Positions 1 through 7,811 of a DNA stretch of 24,000 nucleotides are shown piece by piece. Made by a program: the position numbers and the translations under genes. The stretch lies in the NCBI GenBank assembly GCA_018238155.1, contig JABCTZ010000019.1, forward strand, positions 138,975 to 162,974, read 5' to 3'. Origin of the DNA: Candidatus Heimdallarchaeota archaeon. Lineage in GTDB: Archaea > Asgardarchaeota > Heimdallarchaeia > JABLTI01. Under the pieces are notes generated by a model. That model had not been told where the DNA came from and searched no databases. It saw nothing but the letters and a program-made list of their open reading frames with translations. How positions within the stretch are numbered: the stretch's first letter is position 1; every line of letters starts with the position of its first letter.

Positions 1-547
1 CACTTCCATTACAGCTCCTACAGTTTCCATTAAAGCAATGTGAGCAATCAACCCACCCTCTACCGCCACACCATGTGCAATCATCATCATTAATGCATGA
101 ACATCTCTTTTTACCTCTTCCATTACACCAATTGCAATCGCCATCTCCACCGCAGCTTGAGCAATCATCTTCCCCACTGCCATGACAGTTCGTACAAGTA
201 ATTTCCCTTCGACCATTGCATTTATGGCACGTGTGAAATTGAACTGTTTCTTGGAGCGGAAATTCTTGTGTCTGGTTAGTAAAATGTGTAGGTCTTGTAG
301 GGGATGCAACTTTATAATATTTTATATGTTCAAAATATGAAGCAGGACGTTCCCGTGTTTGTCTTACATAAAATTCTTCTTCTGTTTCTACTTGAACAGA
401 AATCCCTATATCTTCATCTATTTCACGAATTGAAAGCTTCTCTAACACATTTTGCTTTCGGAAAAGCTTGGATCTAAATGAATTATAAGATTCATTCTCA
501 GAGATAAATAACTGAAGAATTGTATCTGGGTTTAGTTTTCTTGACAT
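1..547 (-). CDS. Cysteine-rich protein with tandem DnaJ-type CxxCxGxG zinc-finger repeats (partial; 3' end runs off the window)
   Basis: Absent from the ORF track because it is truncated by the window edge. Hand translation of the minus strand from ATG at 547..545 gives MSRKLNPDTILQLFISENESYNSFRSKLF...QFHTCHKCNGRREITCTNCHGSGEDDCSSCGGDGDCNWCNGRGKKRCSCINDDDCTWCGGRGWVDCSHCFNGNCRSCNGS. There is no stop down to position 2. It has seven CxxC pairs, several in the CxxCxGxG form of the DnaJ cysteine-rich domain. Confidence 0.7.
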   Translation of the reverse strand, partial: MSRKLNPDTILQLFISENESYNSFRSKLFRKQNVLEKLSIREIDEDIGISVQVETEEEFYVRQTRERPASYFEHIKYYKVASPTRPTHFTNQTQEFPLQETVQFHTCHKCNGRREITCTNCHGSGEDDCSSCGGDGDCNWCNGRGKKRCSCINDDDCTWCGGRGWVDCSHCFNGNCRSCNGS

Positions 548-972
548 TTAATCATCTCATGTTCTGGAGTAAATTTTGAGAGCTTCAAAAATTATTATTT
601 TTAATTAAACCTATTAACCTGTTCCAATAATTTTAGTTACACTACTTTTTCTCTGAAGTTATTTCATTCTGCTAACTTTTTAAACCTTTGATGTTGGAAA
701 TCAAAAAGTCGCTTAAACCCAAATTAAACAAATGTAGCTGAAAAAAAAATGAAAAGTAGGCTAGCTTAAACAATCTACTTTAAAAATTTTTGAATTACTT
801 ATCAAAAACTTCAGCAAATTCTTCAATGGTTTTTGCAGTATTGTTTTTTTCTCCAACAACCAGTAAGGTTTGGAATTTTCCCTTTTTTGAATTTGAATAT
901 TATTGATAATTACCATTCAATAAATCATTGAGCTGTGCGTTCCTGTTGTGCCTCCCGCACTAATAATCATTA

Positions 973-1290
973 TTAGATCTCGTTTAGTTCCATGCCAAAT
1001 TTTGTTGCTTTTCTTTTTCCTAACCAAAAAACTCTTCGAAAATTGGCTTCCTTAACAATTTGAGCGCCAGTTTTATGTATAATTCTTTTCTCAATAAAAT
1101 TCCCTTTTAATTCCATAGGAAAATAATCGATTTCATAATTAGAGAGAACATCACCTATAGCAGTCTTTTTTGTACGTTCTCTCATAGTGAAATAAATAAT
1201 CACAGCTTTCATAGTTTTATATTCCACAAACACCTTTTCAATCCTCAAATTTTCAGCTAAATATACTTTGAATTCTATATAATGTTTCAT
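973..1290 (-). CDS. Hypothetical protein, 105 aa, no family recognised
   Basis: ORF track. ATG at 1290..1288 and TAA at 975..973. Composition resembles neighbouring genes, but I can name no motif. It may be the 5' part of a decayed longer gene (see findings). Confidence 0.4.
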   Translation of the reverse strand: MKHYIEFKVYLAENLRIEKVFVEYKTMKAVIIYFTMRERTKKTAIGDVLSNYEIDYFPMELKGNFIEKRIIHKTGAQIVKEANFRRVFWLGKRKATKFGMELNEI

Positions 1291-1446
1291 AGAAAAATTT
1301 GCATTTTACTTACATTAATTTTAATGTTCCAAACCCTCTAACAAAAAATATTTCTAACAGTAATCTACATTAAGACCTACTATTAATCTCTTGAAGTTAA
1401 ATTTGATGATTTAAAATGAATTATTTTTAACTTTAAAAGTAAAATT

Positions 1447-2889
1447 ATGAAAGGTAATAATTGGGTTGACACAATGAAAACAAATTCTGAATTATTAAAT
1501 CAAATAGATTTAGATCGTATTCTAAAAAAAGCATCTACATTGGGTGCATCTTACACAGACATTCGATTTCAAAATTACCAAGAAGAAACAATTCAAATTG
1601 AAGATGAGAAGTTAGATAATTTTAACTCATCAAATCGAGTAGGGATTGGTGTTCGAGTAACAGTAAATAATGCTGTCGGTTTTGCTTCAACGAGTGACTT
1701 AAACAAAAAAAGTGTTGATGAGACAATAAGAGTAGCTGTTAAAGCAGCAAAATCTTTTACTAGTAAAAAAGGAGTCTTTGCTCAACCAAAAAAATTAGTT
1801 CAAAAACAAATATTTAAACCAACAAAAATCAATCCTTTTGATATATCTCCAGAAGAGAAAGTTTCTCTCCTTATCGAAGCTAATAAGGCGGCTAAGATAA
1901 GTGATGAAATCAAAAGCAGAACTACTATAATGGGCTATTCTGAAAATTATCGATACTTTATCTCTTCTGAAGGTTTTCAAAGTATCTCGTCTATTCCTCT
2001 AATCGGTATTCATCATTTTTCTGTTGCTTCTGTTAATGGTAAGCTTGAAAGAATGGGATACGGGACAGGGGATTGTTTGGGTTATGATTTCATTACATCT
2101 CGAAATTGGGATGATTTCACTGTAGATATATCGGAATTAACTGTTCAAGCAGTAAATGCTGTTGCTCCTTCTTCAGGAACATATACAGTAATTGCCGACC
2201 CAGATCTAGTCGGATTGCTTGTTCACGAAGCTTTTGGTCATGCAGCAGAAGCTGATTTAGTTTTTACTGGTTCTTCTACTTTGAAGGATCGATTAGGTGA
2301 GCAATTAGCTGACGAACAAGTAACAATAATAGATCAAGGAGATATTCCTGGTGGTTATTTTGTACCATTTGACGACGAGGGTGTAATGAAAGAAAAAACA
2401 GTTATTTTAGATAAAGGTGTTCTTAAAGGATATATGCACGATAGAAACTCCGCAAATGAATTACACGTTCAACCCACTGGAAATGCCCGTGCGCAAGATT
2501 TCGAAAACCAACCACAAGTACGAATGACTAATACTTTTATCGATAATGGAAAATATTCATTCGATGAAATGGTAGAGGATATCAAAACAGGGATATATAT
2601 CAAACGAAAAGGTGGCGGAGGAGGGCAAGTAGACACCGCTTCTGGAACGTTCACTTTTCGATGTGGAGAAAGCTACATGATTCGTAATGGAGAATTAGCT
2701 GAACCTGTTAGAGGTGTAGTTTTAAGTGGACTGATTTTAGATACTTTGAAAACAGTTGATGCTGTAGGAAATGATCTAGCTATTCATAATCGCTTCTTTG
2801 GCGCTTGTGGAAAAGGAGGGCAGCGCGCTTCTGTAGGGAGCGGAGGTCCTCATATTCGAATTCAAGAAATAACTATTGGAGGGAAATAA
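1447..2889 (+). CDS. tldD: TldD-family (peptidase U62) metalloprotease
   Basis: 480-aa ORF with the TldD catalytic motif HEAFGHAAEAD (HExxxH) and the glycine-rich C-terminal region (KGGGGGQVD, GACGKGGQ). It is followed immediately by its usual partner pmbA. An alternative start exists at Met10 (1474). Confidence 0.9.
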   Translation: MKGNNWVDTMKTNSELLNQIDLDRILKKASTLGASYTDIRFQNYQEETIQIEDEKLDNFNSSNRVGIGVRVTVNNAVGFASTSDLNKKSVDETIRVAVKAAKSFTSKKGVFAQPKKLVQKQIFKPTKINPFDISPEEKVSLLIEANKAAKISDEIKSRTTIMGYSENYRYFISSEGFQSISSIPLIGIHHFSVASVNGKLERMGYGTGDCLGYDFITSRNWDDFTVDISELTVQAVNAVAPSSGTYTVIADPDLVGLLVHEAFGHAAEADLVFTGSSTLKDRLGEQLADEQVTIIDQGDIPGGYFVPFDDEGVMKEKTVILDKGVLKGYMHDRNSANELHVQPTGNARAQDFENQPQVRMTNTFIDNGKYSFDEMVEDIKTGIYIKRKGGGGGQVDTASGTFTFRCGESYMIRNGELAEPVRGVVLSGLILDTLKTVDAVGNDLAIHNRFFGACGKGGQRASVGSGGPHIRIQEITIGGK

Positions 2890-2890
2890 G

Positions 2891-4216
2891 ATGGACTATT
2901 GTGAAATAGCAGTAAACAAAGCAATTAAACTTGGAATGGATGAAGTAGATGCAGTTGTGCGAAATGAAAAGGTAATTCAAATTAGTTTTGCCCAAGAAAT
3001 TCAAAACATTAGCACTCTAACTAAAACGCTCCTAAGTATTAGAGTGATAAAAGATAAAAAAATTGCAACCTATTCAACAACATTGTTGAATAAGCAATCG
3101 ATAAATGATATTGTAAAACGAGCAGTAAAAATAGCTAAAGTTGCTCCTGAGGATCAAAATTGGTCATCACTTAATAAAACGATTAAAAAATCTACCGTGA
3201 AAAATCTCTATGATCCTATCATAAATAAACTCGATTACGGTGAACTTACCGGAGCTATTAATGCCGGTTTAGATAATGTTGCTAATGATGGGAAAGCGTT
3301 GATCACTCGAGGCGTTCTTCATGTTACCAAAAGGAAGTTTTCCTTTTCAAATTGCTATTGTGATTCAATGGAACGAAAATCTAGCCACTTTTTTACCTAT
3401 GTTCTTGCAAAAGCAGTTAAAGGAGGTGAAAGTACAGGAACTGAACAACTCCAAACTAGATTTTGGAAGGATATTGATTTTACTTCACTTACAAATTCAG
3501 CGGCAGAGATGTCACAAAAATATCTAAATGCTAAACCCATTAAAAGCAAAAAAATGCCTATTATAATAAAAAGTGATGTGTTCGCACGAATTATGAATCG
3601 TATGTTAAGTCCAAGTATAAGTGCTGAAACGGTACGTAAGGGTCGATCTCCTCTAAAAGATAAAATTGATTCTCAAATAGCAATGGAATGTTTCAATGTA
3701 ATTGATGATGGGACATTAGATAAAGGGTTGAATTCTAGTAGTTTTGATCAAGAAGGTTATCCAACTCAAAAAACAACTATTATTTCTAAAGGCGTGCTAA
3801 AGAATTACATCTATGACCATTATTCTGCAGTATTGGATAACACACAATCGACAGGGAATGCTAATCGAGGTGGGAGAGCAAAACCAAGACCTAATGTTAG
3901 CAATTTAATTTTGGTTAATGGTGACAAGGATTTTGATGAAGTCATTAGTGAAACTAAAAATGGATTGCTCATCGAAGAAACAATTGGTGAATGGTTGTCA
4001 AATCCGACAAGTGGGCAGCTAAATGCTACCGTAACTCATGGACAGCTTATTGAAAACGGAGAGTATTCTCAATCGGTAAAAAATGTTATTCTTTCGGGAA
4101 ATTTCTGGGAAGCTATCAAAAATGATATTGAAGCAATTTGTAATGATAGTAGAAATTCCGGAAATATTTATTCACCAAGCGTAAAATTCTCAGAACTTGT
4201 TGTTGCAGGAAAATGA
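2891..4216 (+). CDS. pmbA: PmbA/TldE-family protein, non-catalytic partner of TldD
   Basis: The ORF-track entry 2876..4216 begins at a TTG. I prefer ATG at 2891, one base after the tldD stop (2887-2889), with GGAGGG at 2878-2883 as a Shine-Dalgarno-like element. It is TldD/PmbA-like in length and C-terminal pattern (GNANRGG, GxLIEETIGEW) but has no HExxxH motif. Confidence 0.87.
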   Translation: MDYCEIAVNKAIKLGMDEVDAVVRNEKVIQISFAQEIQNISTLTKTLLSIRVIKDKKIATYSTTLLNKQSINDIVKRAVKIAKVAPEDQNWSSLNKTIKKSTVKNLYDPIINKLDYGELTGAINAGLDNVANDGKALITRGVLHVTKRKFSFSNCYCDSMERKSSHFFTYVLAKAVKGGESTGTEQLQTRFWKDIDFTSLTNSAAEMSQKYLNAKPIKSKKMPIIIKSDVFARIMNRMLSPSISAETVRKGRSPLKDKIDSQIAMECFNVIDDGTLDKGLNSSSFDQEGYPTQKTTIISKGVLKNYIYDHYSAVLDNTQSTGNANRGGRAKPRPNVSNLILVNGDKDFDEVISETKNGLLIEETIGEWLSNPTSGQLNATVTHGQLIENGEYSQSVKNVILSGNFWEAIKNDIEAICNDSRNSGNIYSPSVKFSELVVAGK

Positions 4217-4260
4217 AAGAGCAAAGCAAAAATATCATCATCTTTGCTCTTCATCTTTTT
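4217..4260 (+). terminator. Hairpin plus T-run downstream of pmbA
   Basis: Perfect 10-bp inverted repeat AAGAGCAAAG (4217-4226) / CTTTGCTCTT (4242-4251) with a 15-nt loop. It starts right after the TGA stop and is followed by TTTTT at 4256-4260 and a further T-run near 4275. Confidence 0.45.
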
Positions 4261-4683
4261 CTATTTATTAATCATTTTTTTCCAAGTCCATTAAAGAAAA
4301 CAGGAAATGGAAAATCATTTAATAAAATCCATTACTAGAAAAACTTAGGTTGCTCAATATGCTTTACCTCTCTATCCATCTAGAACATGCTTGACGCGTT
4401 TGTTTTTAACTCCTCCTAGATGACGTAAGAGTAGAATAGCAACCAGTTTATTGTTTTTGGAGGTTTCAAAAATTACTAATCAGTTGATAGTAGATTCCTT
4501 TGCGGAAAAGATAACTAATTCAGAACGTGCATTTGCTGAGTTTGGCATTAAAAAAAATGGCCAAGCTATTGAACACTCTAGAGAAATCTATGCACAAACT
4601 TGAACATGCAAAACAACTATTGGAAAATAAGGTATCTAATAATGGAAATTAGAAACGGGATAGTTGAAAACAAATATTCATCT

Positions 4684-5070
4684 CTATCTTTTTCTCTCTT
4701 TTCGCTTGTGACCTAGATTGTAAGGATCCATTGCACTTCTAGTACCCTTTATTTGATACATTCCCGTATCTTCAGGATAGATTTCTTGTTCAATTTTTAT
4801 TTCTCGTAATCTTTTTACTTCTTTTTCGAATTCCTCAGTTGAGATATCAAACCAAGCATATGTCCCTTCGACTTTGAATATTTTCTCAACTTCAATAGGA
4901 ACTATGAGTTTTTTCTTAAAACGCTTGATTACTAGAATCATAGCATATGATTTATATTTTTTAATAGTCTTGCCTAGCAGTTTTTCTATTCGAATAATTT
5001 TTCCAAGTTTTTTACTATCTTTATCGGCAGCGATTTTGGAGATTAACTGCTTCAAGCTTATTTTAGTCAT
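4684..5070 (-). CDS. Small PRC-barrel-domain protein with short helical segment and basic C-terminal tail
   Basis: 128-aa ORF. The pattern DKDSKKLGKIIRIE...YAMILV...KLIVPIEVEKIFKVEGTYAWFDIS matches the PRC-barrel signature (x-D-x-x-G-x-x-hG-x-h ... hhPh ... h-x-h). The C-terminus is GHKRKERKR. Confidence 0.55.
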   Translation of the reverse strand: MTKISLKQLISKIAADKDSKKLGKIIRIEKLLGKTIKKYKSYAMILVIKRFKKKLIVPIEVEKIFKVEGTYAWFDISTEEFEKEVKRLREIKIEQEIYPEDTGMYQIKGTRSAMDPYNLGHKRKERKR

Positions 5071-5145
5071 CTAGTAATTCCTTCAATAATTCCTCATCCA
5101 AGCATGATGTTAAGGATATAGATTCTTAGTTAATATTCTTTGCAT

Positions 5146-5173
5146 TATCTTTTGAGAAAAGATATCGAAAAAA
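5146..5173 (-). terminator. Oligo-T tract plus hairpin downstream of aor
   Basis: Read on the minus strand there is a T6 (complement of A6 at 5168-5173) about 43 nt after the aor stop. It is followed by an 8-bp hairpin TATCTTTT-GAG-AAAAGATA (5146-5164). Archaeal termination typically uses oligo-T. Confidence 0.3.
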
Positions 5174-5215
5174 TAGCTGAAACTTAATGATTACGTCTTA
5201 TGTTCATTTCTTTTT

Positions 5216-7048
5216 CTAAATTTCATTTAAATCTAATTCCTTCAATTTTTCATCTGAAGGTCTTCCTGTTTTCTGGTCATAATCTCGACATCTGTACCAA
5301 TCTTTCAATTGTTTTGCAAAATCTGGGACGTTACCTTCCGTTGGTCCTTCAAGACTCTGAAGCATAACTTTTGGTAGAAACTCAACAGCAGGTGTCCATC
5401 CTAGTTTTAGATTGATTAATCGTTTCAAAGCGAACAATCTGTCACCAAATAAAAGGAGGTCATCTAATGATACTTGTTTATCAAGGGCAATTGATAATTG
5501 TTTAGCAATAAGTGTTGCAGGCGGATTGAAGAATTGACACAAACCAACGGCATTGTAGAGTTGTCTATAGCTTTGTAATTTAGCTAATGGTTCTGCAATA
5601 TTGTTATCAAAACGACTGTTAGGCAGATCAACAACACCTATATCAGGAAAATTCATTCCTTGTTGAACCATGTAAGCATCACCATTCATATGACATGCTC
5701 CTCTTGGACTAGTAATATACATTACAGCCAAACCACTAAAAGCTCTTGGATCATGAGTTGGTGCTTCTAAACCTGCTACTTGTGGTGCTAATTCTAAATG
5801 ATCATATTTTTCAGCTAGGACTTTGCTTCCTTCTGCTAAAGTATTACCAATCTCTTCTCTCAAAGCAATAAGTTTGAGTAATTCTAATAATGAATCAATA
5901 TCTCCAAAGGAACAGCTAATGTTAGTTGGCAAATCTGATTTTGGGATAAACCCCTTTTCAATTAGATCAAATAGCACACCTATTGTTGCTCCTGCACTAA
6001 TAGTATCCATTCCAAAATCATTTGCTAGATAGTTGGCATAAGTGATTGCTTCCAAGTCAGTAATACATAAATTAGAACCAAAAGACGCTAGAGTTTCAAA
6101 TTCAGGACCATCTCTTTTCAATTTAAAACGTCCCTCTTTAATTTCAATTTCTCTGCCACAAGAAATCGGACAACGGTAGCAAGTAGATTTACCCGTTAGG
6201 ATTGTCTCAAACATAGTTGTGCCTGAGATATTTGTACCATTTTCCAGTGTTCCTTTCGACCAATTCTTAACAGGCATGTCACCATACAATTCAAGAGCAA
6301 TATCAACATAGCCTGCTGTACCAAATTGACTGAAAACTTCAGTTGAATAATCAGCTCGAATAATCTCATAAGCTGCTTTAGAAATGTGGTCATACTCATC
6401 CGGCAAATCAAAATCTCTATTGGAACCAAAAATTGCTATTGCCTTCAGATTTTTTGAACCCATAGTAGCTCCCATACCTGTTCGTCCGGCAGCTCGACCA
6501 CCTGCAGTCATAATATTCGCATATTTTACTAGATTTTCACCCGCGGGACCAATACAGGCAATTTCACTACGTTTATTATTCAAAGTGGATTTTAGCTTCT
6601 CTAATGTCTCATAAGTTCCAAGACCCCAGAGATTAGTTGCATCTCGAATGGTTATCTCATCGTCATTAATCTCGAGAAAAACCGGCTGATCAGCTTTGCC
6701 TTCAATAATAAGACCGTCATATTTAGCGAATTTTAAGTAAGGACCAATTTTTCCACCTATATTCGATTCACCCCAAAAACCGGTTAAAGGGGATCTAGCA
6801 CAAAATGTTGATCTAGGTGTAGAATAAGATGGCAAACCAGTAAGAACGCCAGTCATGAAGTAAAGATCGTTTTCAATTGCTAATGGATCTGAGAGTGAAT
6901 CTAAATCCTTTATTTTCGACCAATAATAGTATGCGGCTAATCCACTGCCACCAAGAAATTTTTTACCAATTTCTAAGTCAAGTTTCTTTGTTGATATCTC
7001 TTTAGATGAGAGATTCACTCTAAGAATTCTGCCACGAAATCCAGACAT
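5216..7048 (-). CDS. aor: Aldehyde:ferredoxin oxidoreductase (tungstopterin AOR family)
   Basis: 610 aa. The N-terminus is AOR-like (GRILRVNLSSKEI...GGSGLAAYYYW). The 4Fe-4S ligand motif CYRCPISC (C-x2-C-x3-C) is present, plus a distal Cys in GLCQFF. Length is typical of the family. Confidence 0.92.
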   Translation of the reverse strand: MSGFRGRILRVNLSSKEISTKKLDLEIGKKFLGGSGLAAYYYWSKIKDLDSLSDPLAIENDLYFMTGVLTGLPSYSTPRSTFCARSPLTGFWGESNIGGKIGPYLKFAKYDGLIIEGKADQPVFLEINDDEITIRDATNLWGLGTYETLEKLKSTLNNKRSEIACIGPAGENLVKYANIMTAGGRAAGRTGMGATMGSKNLKAIAIFGSNRDFDLPDEYDHISKAAYEIIRADYSTEVFSQFGTAGYVDIALELYGDMPVKNWSKGTLENGTNISGTTMFETILTGKSTCYRCPISCGREIEIKEGRFKLKRDGPEFETLASFGSNLCITDLEAITYANYLANDFGMDTISAGATIGVLFDLIEKGFIPKSDLPTNISCSFGDIDSLLELLKLIALREEIGNTLAEGSKVLAEKYDHLELAPQVAGLEAPTHDPRAFSGLAVMYITSPRGACHMNGDAYMVQQGMNFPDIGVVDLPNSRFDNNIAEPLAKLQSYRQLYNAVGLCQFFNPPATLIAKQLSIALDKQVSLDDLLLFGDRLFALKRLINLKLGWTPAVEFLPKVMLQSLEGPTEGNVPDFAKQLKDWYRCRDYDQKTGRPSDEKLKELDLNEI

Positions 7049-7096
7049 GTGTACACCTTTGCTTGATAATATTTGCCAATGAATATTAGTAATTGA

Positions 7097-7513
7097 TTAA
7101 AGGAATTTAGTGTCGATTTTTTGTGCTGTTTTAATTAACTCTTGAGCAGCTTTGACCGAACGCAAAACCTTCATCATATTTCCAATAAGATTGAATTTCT
7201 TACTCATAATTCCTTTAATTGGATCAATTTCTCCTTTGATTAATTTAATCCAATTGGAATAAATTCCAACATATTGGTAAGCAGTTTCAGGAAGATTGTC
7301 ACCTTCATTGAAATAAGCCACACTTCTACAAACACCATGATATAAATCAATATGAAGTACAACTTTGTTACTAAAAACCTCATCAGGTTTAACTACAAAA
7401 AGAAAATCGCCTTCCCAATTTTTAGCTGCTTCTTGCCAATCCTTGCCTTCTTCACCATTAAGTTTATCCTTAAACGCTTTTATCCATTCTTCGGATGGAA
7501 AAGTAATTGCCAT
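7097..7513 (-). CDS. SCP2 (sterol-carrier-protein-2-like) domain protein
   Basis: The ORF-track entry starts at a TTG (7603). ATG at 7513..7511 (MAITFPSEEWIKAF...) is the more likely start. The C-terminal pattern GEIDPIKGIMSKKFNLIGNMMKVLRSVKA matches the SCP2 motif (G-x-hD-x-x-x-A-h-x-x-G-K-h-x-h-x-G-x-h). Confidence 0.75.
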   Translation of the reverse strand: MAITFPSEEWIKAFKDKLNGEEGKDWQEAAKNWEGDFLFVVKPDEVFSNKVVLHIDLYHGVCRSVAYFNEGDNLPETAYQYVGIYSNWIKLIKGEIDPIKGIMSKKFNLIGNMMKVLRSVKAAQELIKTAQKIDTKFL

Positions 7514-7811
7514 TTGATATCTTATCTCCAATTTAAGTTTTGTAAATATTGACTCATCAATATTTAAATGTTCATTATGAATAGTATAGAAAAAGAAAGT
7601 CAAAGGATAATAGGCTAGATAGTTGGTTGCAACAAGCTTTTAGAAAATACGAAAATCAATTTGAGAAAGAATAATACTCAATAGAAGTTTTTAAAATCCT
7701 TAACAATTCAATTTTTGTTAGAAAGAGTTGTTTTAAGTGATGGGTGTAATTATTGTCAATCAAATATAAATTTGAGCAAGCAGGATCAGAATGAATGTTA
7801 GTAGATTGATT

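Noticed and set aside
686-751. Possible C/D-box sRNA: TTGATGT (C-like) at about 687-693 and CTGA (D) at about 737-740
   Set aside because: The spacing (~45-50 nt) is about right, but the C box deviates at two positions. There are no internal C'/D' boxes and no terminal stem, so this is most likely chance in AT-rich DNA.
917-970. In-frame TGA after the 17-codon ORF, followed by a further 51 open codons: selenocysteine recoding?
   Set aside because: No SECIS-like structure was noticed and there is no selenoprotein-like context (no redox CxxU motif). A decayed or frameshifted gene is the simpler explanation.
1-4216. The Cys/Gly-rich protein as a microcin-B17-like substrate for the nearby TldD/PmbA protease
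   Set aside because: The genes are on opposite strands, about 900 bp apart, with another ORF between them. The Cys-rich protein is more than 180 aa with structured zinc-knuckle spacing, unlike a short RiPP precursor, and no modification enzymes are present.
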